A stretch of 64,000 nucleotides of DNA from Promethearchaeia archaeon (lineage in GTDB: Archaea > Asgardarchaeota > Lokiarchaeia > Sigyniarchaeales > SOKP01). The position numbers and the translations under genes are program-made. Numbering within the stretch: position 1 is the first letter of the stretch; each line of letters starts with the position of its first letter. The notes under the pieces are model-generated. The model saw nothing but the letters and a program-made list of their open reading frames with translations. It made no database searches and had not been told where the DNA came from. Shown one piece after another: positions 1-8,483 of the stretch. Where the stretch lies: positions 1-64,000 of the forward strand of contig JAHQWL010000040.1 in NCBI GenBank assembly GCA_029856155.1, given 5' to 3'.

Positions 1-291
1 TGTATCATCCGTGATTGTTCCATTTGTAGCCCGATACCTAAAAAAGGGAGAGGTATTAAAACCTAGACTAGATATATAGTTATTGTCGAAAAAAACACGA
101 ACTAAGTCAAAGTTTTTGCTATAAGGATTCTCAAAGGATAATTGAGGTGTTTCCACTTTAAAAGTTGCTGAATCTTCCCGGGTTTGATTCTCTAGATTGT
201 CAAAGTTAATTGGAAACGTCTTTATAGTGATAAGAATAATTAAGAGTGCGGACAGTATGATTCTAATATTTTTAGAATTTTTATATTTGAT
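1..291 (-). CDS. Partial secreted/membrane-anchored protein running off the window edge; apparent ATC start
   Basis: Open frame IKYKNSKNIRIILSALLIILITIKTFPINF...GTITDDT with a basic then hydrophobic N-terminus; AGGTGTGA SD-like sequence just upstream; in-frame TGA at 295-297 leaves no ATG/GTG/TTG start for this N-terminus. Not in the ORF track. Confidence 0.6.
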   Translation of the reverse strand, partial: MKYKNSKNIRIILSALLIILITIKTFPINFDNLENQTREDSATFKVETPQLSFENPYSKNFDLVRVFFDNNYISSLGFNTSPFFRYRATNGTITDDT

Positions 292-394
292 ATCTCACAC
301 CTATATACAGGCAATTTAGTGATATTATTAAAGATGATCTGTAATTGAATTTGCATTTTGACGAGTTTGTAATAGATTATCTTAAAATGAAAAA

Positions 395-514
395 CTATTT
401 ATATTTTTGTAAATTCGCTCCAAAATCAAGAAATAGACCTTTCCCGTTCTCCTCAACATAGATTTTATTGCCTCCTATGGTATCATTTCCATTATAAACT
501 GTGATTGAAGTCAT
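395..514 (-). pseudogene. 5' remnant of an MBL-fold (RNase J-like) metallo-hydrolase
   Basis: 39-aa ORF MTSITVYNGNDTIGGNKIYVEENGKGLFLDFGANLQKYK matches the IGGN...LDFG N-terminus of the family and stops before HxHxDH. Confidence 0.65.
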
Positions 515-709
515 TGGAATTTATCTTTCGCTAATTATCTTATGTTACAATTGAGGTGCTTTCTTAATAAGTCTTTGAGTACTTCATTTTTTAAATTTAT
601 TAGGCTAATTACTTAAAATAACTTCCATGATTTTTGTCTTATTTTTTCAATAAAAAACGGAATTTTTAGTCGTCAATCTTTTTAATTTTTTCTTTTTCAG
701 GGTAAAATT

Positions 710-838
710 TTAAAAAATACTATAGACATTAATTCTTTTCTTTTCTCTTGTTATAGTTCTCTTAACTTTTTTTTGTGCCCAACCATGGACACATCTTAAA
801 TTACAACCTTCAATAATATTTAAAAAAAGACGTTTCAA
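710..838 (-). pseudogene. Remnant of a radical SAM protein N-terminus
   Basis: LKRLFLNIIEGCNLRCVHGWAQ: CxxxCxxC motif with the third Cys replaced by Gly (GGT), stop after 42 codons. Confidence 0.5.
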
Positions 839-1053
839 CCCCTTCACGAAGGAATATTATTAAGTTAGGAACATCTATATAGTAAATTAAAAAGAATAAC
901 ACTATGCTAAAGTTTTATTAAGTTGTATCACTATTTAAAATTCTTTTCTAATTTCTTCCAAATTATTTTTCTTTAAAAAGACTGAATTAGACATATTTTC
1001 AATGAGTTATTATAATTGTTCTTGCCATAGACATTTCATTTAACATTGAAAAT

Positions 1054-2760
1054 ATGCCCGAACCTCAACAAAATACGCTTTCAATCTCACATAAAGTAAT
1101 AGATAATACCCTAATGGTTAATTTCAAATTTCCTCAAAACTTAATATTCAAATCAGAAAAATCGTTTAAAATGTACTTGGATTTTGAACCTGTTATTTCT
1201 AAAAGATCCAAGATTAAGAATTTGTTAGTGCCCATCTATTCACTAAAAAAAGGGATAAGGCGTGCCGTCTCAATAGTAATTAGACAAACTCCAGAAATAT
1301 ATAAAAATTTAGTGTCATATCGAAAAGATTTAATTAGTTTTTGTAAAACAGCTTGTAATGATTATTCAAAATTGAATTTTCACACTCCTGAATATAAGAG
1401 AATCCGCAAAAAAATCAAAGAAATGGATAAAAAATTACGAATGTTCCTAAAACACAATAATAGAGAGAAAATACAGCAATTGTGGAACTTATTAGACGAG
1501 TATGAAAAACGGGAAAGCAAATTGGAGCAAAATTTAATAAATCAGTTTTTCACTCAAAAAAAACCAGAATTTATTTTATTAAGAGAAACATACATAGGGA
1601 TTTGCAGAGATATATTAAAAATTTTTAAAGAGAAAGTCCCTGATTCCTATGAGAATCAGGCTTCATTTGAAGAATTAGAGAAATCTCTAGAATTTTTTAG
1701 AGACATTAATAATATAATAGATCCTACTAAAGTTAAGTATTTTACTGATATTTTACTAAATTGGAAAAAAAAAATCAAGAAATCTCTTATTAAAATCGAA
1801 AATAAAAAAGAAAATAAAGAGAGAGACGATGAGATTGATAAAAACATTAATCCTAAAAGAATAATAACTCATCAAAATATTTTACAATCACTTTTTTATA
1901 ATGCTAAAATTGAAAGTAAAAAGAGAAAAAAAGCGAAGTTATCAAAAAGCTTGAATATTGACTATAATAATCCGAATATGTTATTTGAGTTCGATTTAGA
2001 GAGAGTGTATAAAAATTTTCTTTCATTTCTCTCAGCTGTCATTAAACACAGTATTAGATATAAGAAGACAATTGAAGATGATTATTTAAAAATTGACCTA
2101 AAAAAAAATGATATTGATATAATCTGTAATAAATTCAAAGTGTTTAATAAAAAGGTATTAAAAATTAAGCAATTTAATTCATTAATCGGAATTCAATTAA
2201 ATTTCTCTGAAATCTTTACATTGGTGTGGGGTAATTTCACGAAAGATAAATCGCGATCGAAGTTATTTAAGAAAAATAATTGGTATTCTAATATTCAATT
2301 TTCGGAACGTGCTAAAAATGCTCTCAAAATAGGTCTGTCAGTTTTTGCAGTTATTTTTTTAACTATTGGTTTAACCATGAGTACCATTACAAATTCAAGA
2401 CCTACGATTGTTGGAAAATATGATTCAGTAAAGATTGATTATCAATTCTGGGAGTCCGACAAATATAAGGATTATAATATACTTAATCCGTTATTTGATA
2501 ATACTATTTGGATTACTATGATACCAATTACAGAGAATTCTACTTCGGGGCTTATCTTAGGGTTATATAATAATCTATTGGGAAAAGAAGTGTATTATGA
2601 AAGCGGATTAATATGGCTAGAGAAATGCATTGACCAAGATCGAGACGGTATAGATGATATCACTGAAAAACCCGCACTCACATATGGAAACAGTTCAGAC
2701 CAATATTTCAATACATATTTGATGATCCAATTTAAAGTTCTTAGCATTCGAAAAACTTAG
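1054..2760 (+). CDS. Hypothetical protein: Lys-rich helical N-region, single TM, small C-terminal (probably external) domain
   Basis: 568-aa ORF; hydrophobic IGLSVFAVIFLTIGLTM; DQDRDGIDD Ca-binding-like motif near the C-terminus. Confidence 0.75.
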   Translation: MPEPQQNTLSISHKVIDNTLMVNFKFPQNLIFKSEKSFKMYLDFEPVISKRSKIKNLLVPIYSLKKGIRRAVSIVIRQTPEIYKNLVSYRKDLISFCKTACNDYSKLNFHTPEYKRIRKKIKEMDKKLRMFLKHNNREKIQQLWNLLDEYEKRESKLEQNLINQFFTQKKPEFILLRETYIGICRDILKIFKEKVPDSYENQASFEELEKSLEFFRDINNIIDPTKVKYFTDILLNWKKKIKKSLIKIENKKENKERDDEIDKNINPKRIITHQNILQSLFYNAKIESKKRKKAKLSKSLNIDYNNPNMLFEFDLERVYKNFLSFLSAVIKHSIRYKKTIEDDYLKIDLKKNDIDIICNKFKVFNKKVLKIKQFNSLIGIQLNFSEIFTLVWGNFTKDKSRSKLFKKNNWYSNIQFSERAKNALKIGLSVFAVIFLTIGLTMSTITNSRPTIVGKYDSVKIDYQFWESDKYKDYNILNPLFDNTIWITMIPITENSTSGLILGLYNNLLGKEVYYESGLIWLEKCIDQDRDGIDDITEKPALTYGNSSDQYFNTYLMIQFKVLSIRKT

Positions 2761-2839
2761 GAAAACTTCAAAAGAAGAGATTGATCAAATTGTTGGAAAG
2801 AAGTTAGCTAATAAAATTCAATTAGCTTATAGGGAATAG
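2741..2839 (+). pseudogene. Orphan 3' remnant resembling the C-terminal HhH of UvrC/XPF-type proteins
   Basis: Start-less frame LAFEKLRKTSKEEIDQIVGKKLANKIQLAYRE* overlapping the end of the 568-aa ORF. Confidence 0.4.
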
Positions 2840-3577
2840 CTTTACTTTCTATTATAGATTGTAATTGAATGTATATAAAAAATATTAATTTAATAATTTA
2901 TAAATATAAGACTATTCTAAATGGTTTTTCAATCTATGGATGTTTATGGAACCCAATAAATTCAATGATATTTCACCCTTTTAGTTTATTTGTTGTAACT
3001 TTCAATAATAAATGAGATTTTTGCAGGAATAAATAAGACAATTCTTAAAAATAAATAAGACAACCAACTTACCATCCCCCTACTCTATTTTTCTATAATT
3101 TTTATTACTTAAATCCATTAATAAAACCATTTATAATTGATTTCTCAAAAATCTCTTTTAAATTTATCTCAAATAAGCAAATCTCTCATTTGATTAAATC
3201 TATTTATTCTTATATACCTAAAGTACTTTTCATGTATATATCTTTTTCTTAGGTTTGAATTTTCAATTGGAGAAGAAGTAGAAATTAAAGAAAGAACCAT
3301 AGATTTATGTTTCAAAACCACTTACGGTGCAGATGTTTTTAGATTTATTATATTTGATCACCTACTTATTGATTCTTTTTATTTTAAATTGAAAAAAATC
3401 CAAGGATATAAAATGTCAAGTTTTTAATAAAAATGTAAAAATATTTGATACCACTTTTAATTACATGGACAAATTATTTAAATAGTGATTATCGAACAAT
3501 AAGCACTAAAATTACTGAAGCGACTTTAAGAACTAGAATAAAAAATATTAAAGAATTATCAAATTTAAACTAAGAGT

Positions 3578-5638
3578 GTGATTATGAATTCGAAAGGCTT
3601 ATTTTTAGTTAGCCCAAACTTTGGGCATCCCAGAATATTGAATATTGACAGAGAATTAACCAAGCAAGACTTTAAAACAGATTTATTAATCATAACTCAT
3701 ATAGAGAATCCAAAAAAAGTAAAAGAAGTATTAACTAACAATATAAAATTTATACCTATTTTTGAATATAAGTGGAAATTAGAGCAACTTATCGAAAAGA
3801 GAGGATTAAGAGATAAAATTAAGAGTTTATGGAAAAAAATAAAAAAAATTTTCTCATTTGAAAAAAAAGAAAAAGGATTTGAAATTTCAATTGAAGAATT
3901 AGATAAGTTTGGAAACAAACAAGTAAGGGTTAAAAAAATAAAAAAGAAAGATTTAAAGAAAATAAAACCACGTGCTTTTAGGGGAAATCCAATAATCACT
4001 AAAATCATAAACATAAGGTCAACAACTCCAACAAAGATCAATAAGTCAATATATATAGAGGATCAATATTGTAACCCACAGAATTATTTAAGAAAATTAG
4101 AGGTGTTTGGTAATTTAGAATATTTTTATACAATTACTTTAGAATTTAACTTAACTGATGAGATTTTAGACTTTTTATCAAATAGAAATTTCATTATGTT
4201 TGATATTTTATTGGCAAATTCTAATTTGGATAAAAAAGTAAATTATCATGCGATTGTCATTTCGAAAAATGATTGGAGAAATATTAATATCGTGCAAGCT
4301 ACTGATTTACATATAGCTAAAAGAAATGATGAAATGTTTAATAAAATTAATAATATGTATCAAAATCTTAGAAGTGAAAATATCAAAAGAATAAATCAAA
4401 TCGAAACGATTCCACCAAAATCAAAAGATAAGGATGAGATTAGAAAATCTCTTGTTAAAATCGATCTCTCATATAAAAAGAGATTGATTAATCCAAACAA
4501 TCTTTTTAGAAAATTTGTTAAAATTATAAATAAAAAAGTTATCAATAATGAAATTGATTTTGTAATTATTACAGGAGATATTGTAGATTTTACTAATATG
4601 AGTAAAATCTCTTCAAGTAAAAATAATATTTTTGCTTATGAGAATAGTAATTGGAAGACTTTCAAAAATATTCTCTTAAATATAGACCAAAATAATCAAA
4701 AAGGTATAAAAAAAACCGAAGAAATCTTATGTCCTATCTTTACCATTCCCGGAAATCATGATTATCGCCCTTGGCAGTATGATTTAACTTGGGGAGGAAT
4801 TTATAAAAAAATAGGGCTTAAAAAAATCGAAGCTCAGGCATTAAAAGAAGAATATTCAGCTTCTCCAATAAGAGCTATTTTAAGAAGTGAAAATGCATTA
4901 GAAGGATACTTATCAGAAATAAATGCTTCATTAGATTACTATTTAAAATTAGGTAATTCTTTATTCATTTTTTTAAATACTGGCGCGGATTCCTATAAAA
5001 AAATGGCTGATTTTTTATCAGGAAGTCCATCTCTAACAGGTCTTACTCAGAAACAAATAATTTTTTTAAATAATATTATTAAATCTAAGTATAATAAAAA
5101 TTCTCAAATTTTTCTGTGTTTACATGCGCCTCCAATAAATACAAGGGAGAAACGAGGTATTTTAAGTCGAATAAAAAAAAAATTTAAAAAAATAATGAAA
5201 ATAAAATTAGATCAGTTCAGAGAATCTAAATTTGCTGGTCTAAAAAGGAAAATAGAAAAAACCCGTATTGATGATAAATTTAATGTTAGATATGGAACGA
5301 TTTCTTCTAATTGGGAGAAATTGATTAATTTTTGTTATGATTATTGTACTCTTATTATATCAGGTCATACACACATGTTAAATGAATATAGATTGAAAAA
5401 GATTTTTCAAAATAGCTCTAATGATGAAGAAGAAAAAGATTCATCGATTGCAGTATTTTATGATGTTTATTCTGAGATTTATAATAATAATCAGAATATT
5501 CAAAAATATAGGCCCTTCATAGTTCAGACTCCTGCCTTGGGACTGAAATCCTTTAAAAGACGTAAGAAAGTAGGAGCATATCGAGAGATATTAATCAAAA
5601 ATGGAAAATTGTTTTCATTTCAAGTTAATTACGTTTAA
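3578..5638 (+). CDS. Large calcineurin-like metallophosphoesterase
   Basis: Motifs TDLH, TGDIVD, PGNHD, LHAP, SGHTH separated by long Lys-rich insertions. Confidence 0.85.
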   Translation: MIMNSKGLFLVSPNFGHPRILNIDRELTKQDFKTDLLIITHIENPKKVKEVLTNNIKFIPIFEYKWKLEQLIEKRGLRDKIKSLWKKIKKIFSFEKKEKGFEISIEELDKFGNKQVRVKKIKKKDLKKIKPRAFRGNPIITKIINIRSTTPTKINKSIYIEDQYCNPQNYLRKLEVFGNLEYFYTITLEFNLTDEILDFLSNRNFIMFDILLANSNLDKKVNYHAIVISKNDWRNINIVQATDLHIAKRNDEMFNKINNMYQNLRSENIKRINQIETIPPKSKDKDEIRKSLVKIDLSYKKRLINPNNLFRKFVKIINKKVINNEIDFVIITGDIVDFTNMSKISSSKNNIFAYENSNWKTFKNILLNIDQNNQKGIKKTEEILCPIFTIPGNHDYRPWQYDLTWGGIYKKIGLKKIEAQALKEEYSASPIRAILRSENALEGYLSEINASLDYYLKLGNSLFIFLNTGADSYKKMADFLSGSPSLTGLTQKQIIFLNNIIKSKYNKNSQIFLCLHAPPINTREKRGILSRIKKKFKKIMKIKLDQFRESKFAGLKRKIEKTRIDDKFNVRYGTISSNWEKLINFCYDYCTLIISGHTHMLNEYRLKKIFQNSSNDEEEKDSSIAVFYDVYSEIYNNNQNIQKYRPFIVQTPALGLKSFKRRKKVGAYREILIKNGKLFSFQVNYV

Positions 5639-5688
5639 CATAATTATTTATTTATATAGATAAAAGTATAAAAAAAAGGTGATCATTA

Positions 5689-5859
5689 ATGACTTTCCAA
5701 GAACTAGGAATTAGTATTAATGCAATCAATGGTCGAAAAGATATAAATATAAATAATCCTCCACTCGTTCAAGAGAAAGAATTTATGGATTCGGATACTT
5801 TAAGAAATTTATTAAATCGTGGTCAAAAACCAAATAATAAGAAAAATCATAAAAGCTAA
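5689..5859 (+). pseudogene. Truncated DEAD-box RNA helicase remnant (Q-motif region only)
   Basis: MTFQELGISINAINGRKDININNPPLVQEK resembles the MTFxELGLS...PTxVQEK helicase start; GGTGA SD upstream; no Walker A or DEAD motif follows. Confidence 0.55.
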
Positions 5860-6112
5860 TTAGGAAACCATTACGGGAGAAACTAATTATTAGAGAGAAT
5901 GGGCTCAAGATAAATACTTTAATGCCTCAACTTCTATAGGGATTAAAATTTAATATCGAGATTATGAAAGACTTCTATGATATAGATTTAGAAGAAAAAT
6001 AACTAATCTCAGTAGACACAGGCATTTAAATATAAAAAAGATGTACTTTTTAAAACAGCATGACATTATTTAATTATAATAATTAGACATTAGAGATCGA
6101 AGTGAGATACAA

Positions 6113-6562
6113 ATGGAACTATTTGATTGGTTATTTATCATTTCAAGCATGATTTTTTTCTCTTCTGTAATTGGAGTATTTATCTTAACTGCTAATAATA
6201 AGACTGATAAAGTTAAAGTATTTGGAGTGATTTTTGCTGTTTTAATGCTTCCAATCGGTGCGATATTGATTAATTATATTGTAATTGGAAAACCTCTGAA
6301 ACTAATTATATATGTAATACTGATCCTTTTTTATTTGCTGGTAGAGTTTTTGCTTGATCAGGTTTTCAAGATTGATTTTCGATCAAAACTAAGTACACAC
6401 GTTCCTTATATCATTATTGAATGGGCTGCTTGCTATTCTCTCTTGTTTGGCTCTCTCGCAATCGATTTAACTTGGGGATGGGTAATATTTTTCTTTTTTT
6501 TGGCCTTCATAATTGCGTTAGTATATAATATTGTAAAACTTAAGAAACTGAAAAAAGAATAG
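6113..6562 (+). CDS. Hypothetical membrane protein (about 5 TM)
   Basis: 149-aa hydrophobic ORF. Confidence 0.8.
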   Translation: MELFDWLFIISSMIFFSSVIGVFILTANNKTDKVKVFGVIFAVLMLPIGAILINYIVIGKPLKLIIYVILILFYLLVEFLLDQVFKIDFRSKLSTHVPYIIIEWAACYSLLFGSLAIDLTWGWVIFFFFLAFIIALVYNIVKLKKLKKE

Positions 6563-6797
6563 ATATCTGTAGATATAATAAAGAAAAATATAATCAAATT
6601 AAGAAGATCGTTAAGTCCTCGTATTAATAGGGAAATAAGGATTGATTAAAGCGAGGATTATTTTTACAAGAATCTCCAAAAACTCTTTATCGGCCCCAAA
6701 TTGATGAGGAAATAAGACATGATGATAAATAAGAGCTTCTTAATATTTAATTTTATGGATTTGATTAGTGAATATGTATTAGAAATTCTTTTAAAAT

Positions 6798-6947
6798 TTA
6801 TGTAGGCATCTCTTTTCTCACAAAAAATTTTTTTGAAGATTTACACTTTGGACATCTAAATTCATTTTCATCTAATTCTTCGAAAGGTTTATCTTTTTCA
6901 TCATTATCGTAAATATAATTACATCTTTTACACCGGTAAAGCGAAAT
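6798..6947 (-). CDS. Rubredoxin (49 aa), apparent ATT start
   Basis: (I)SLYRCKRCNYIYDNDEKDKPFEELDENEFRCPKCKSSKKFFVRKEMPT: CxxCxYIY...F..L....CPxC; GAGGTGA SD 6 nt upstream; directly downstream of the oxidoreductase. Absent from the ORF track. Confidence 0.8.
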   Translation of the reverse strand: MSLYRCKRCNYIYDNDEKDKPFEELDENEFRCPKCKSSKKFFVRKEMPT

Positions 6948-6973
6948 TGACTTTCACCTCATTATAAATATAA

Positions 6974-8326
6974 TTAGGAATTACTTTTTTTCTTAAGTTC
7001 TTTTTTGGAGCCTTTACAATTTGGACAGGTCCAATCAGGTGGTAGATCCTTAAAGAGAATACCCATTTTAGCCTCATCATATTCCATTCCACAATTATTA
7101 CATACGTAAGCATATAATTCTAATAATTTTTTCAACTCATCTCTATCAACATCTTCTTCCATCTTGTTATACACATAAGACAATGCTTTATTTTCACCAA
7201 ATAATATGGCTCCTTTTAATTTATTTCCTTTTAGCACTAACTTCTGATAACAACAATCTTTTTTATCGGCTTTTTTTAAGATTTCCCAGGCGCCACCTTC
7301 TTCTTTCGTAGGATCTATAATTCCTATTGATGTTAGTTCTAGTCCTACAATTTTAAGAGTATTTTTAGGTGTAGTTCCTTCATAATCGACGTTTTTTAAC
7401 CCAAGCAAAGAAGCTGCGACTATTTTTGATTGTTCCATACACGCTGGAATAATACCCCATATTTGATTTTTATATTCTATACAATCTCCAACAGCATAGA
7501 TATCTTTTTCACTGGTTTCTAAAAATTCATTAACGATTATTCCTCTATTTGTTTGGATATTTGCTTCCTTAGCTAAATCTATCGTTGGACTAATACCTGC
7601 TTGAATCAAAACAATATCGCTATCAAATTTTCGTCCATCTTTTAATTTAATTCCTTCGACTCTACCATTTCCTAAAATTTCTTCGGTAACAGCATCTAAG
7701 ACTACATTAATTCCTCGACTTTCGATTTCTTCTTTTAACATAGCACCGCATTCTTCATCTAATTGTCTTGGTAATAATCGGGGAAAGAATTCTACTACAG
7801 TAGTTTCCAAATTACACGCTTTTATTTGATTAGCTAATTCTAGACCTAATAAACCCCCACCAATAATTATTGCTGTTCCAACTGAGGATTTTTTTATAAA
7901 ATCTCGTATTTCTAGAGCATCATCAATACTCCGGAGTGTAAAAACACCTTTCTTTTCTTGTTTCATTTCAGCTGCATTTTTAATAGGTGGAATACTAGGA
8001 GTACTTCCAAGTGCTAAAATGAGCTTATCATAGGCAATCAATGAATTCTCTCCTTCTATGTGTATTAATTTTGAGTTTGGGTCGATTTTATTAACTTTTT
8101 TATTTAAATGTAAGTCAATTTGCTTACTTTTATACCAATTTTCTTTAAAAACAATTAAATCATCAATAGTCACTTTCTCAGATATCAATTCTGGTAGCTT
8201 TACCCTTGTATAATAGGGGTATTTTTCTTGCGTATAGATCTCAATTTCTACTTCATCGTTGAGAGATCTTAAATTTTGGGCAGAAAATGTTCCAGAAATA
8301 TTGTTCCCGATTATAACAACTTTCAT
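6974..8326 (-). CDS. FAD-dependent NAD(P)H:rubredoxin oxidoreductase with fused C-terminal rubredoxin
   Basis: GGGLLGLE NAD-binding motif, IYAVGD FAD motif; C-terminal CNNCG...WTCPNC. Confidence 0.9.
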   Translation of the reverse strand: MKVVIIGNNISGTFSAQNLRSLNDEVEIEIYTQEKYPYYTRVKLPELISEKVTIDDLIVFKENWYKSKQIDLHLNKKVNKIDPNSKLIHIEGENSLIAYDKLILALGSTPSIPPIKNAAEMKQEKKGVFTLRSIDDALEIRDFIKKSSVGTAIIIGGGLLGLELANQIKACNLETTVVEFFPRLLPRQLDEECGAMLKEEIESRGINVVLDAVTEEILGNGRVEGIKLKDGRKFDSDIVLIQAGISPTIDLAKEANIQTNRGIIVNEFLETSEKDIYAVGDCIEYKNQIWGIIPACMEQSKIVAASLLGLKNVDYEGTTPKNTLKIVGLELTSIGIIDPTKEEGGAWEILKKADKKDCCYQKLVLKGNKLKGAILFGENKALSYVYNKMEEDVDRDELKKLLELYAYVCNNCGMEYDEAKMGILFKDLPPDWTCPNCKGSKKELKKKSNS

Positions 8327-8397
8327 AGAATAATTAGTTTTTTCATCTTATTTTAACATTATTATTATACATTTTAATCTAGAAGCCAGACCCCAAT

Positions 8398-8407
8398 GAA
8401 CATGCTC
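8398..8407. promoter_or_regulatory. Candidate operator GAACATGCTC (near-palindrome)
   Basis: In the divergent cooS/oxidoreductase intergenic region; 9/10 identical to the palindrome at 10751. Confidence 0.35.
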
Positions 8408-8483
8408 AATTTCAAACTTAAATCATAATGACTTATTTTTTAAATACAATAGTTTTAAAAAATTTGGATAAAAGTGGTTAATT

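Noticed and set aside
3028-3063. Direct repeat AATAAATAAGACAA x2
   Set aside because: Only two AT-rich copies 22 nt apart; not a CRISPR array and no associated element
3248-3427. Start-less open frame LRFEFSIGEEVEIKERTIDLC...
   Set aside because: No recognisable family motif; cannot support as a gene or remnant
6616-6657. Hairpin TCCTCGT...GCGAGGA considered as a SECIS or ncRNA
   Set aside because: No neighbouring gene has an in-frame TGA at a Cys position, and I could not identify a SECIS core; it may be a terminator or chance structure
6928-7113. 61-aa alternative-frame ORF, and the other short track ORFs nested in or antisense to long genes (e.g. 1656, 3697, 8528, 10771, 41293, 54929, 60984)
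   Set aside because: They overlap well-supported genes and lack protein-family motifs
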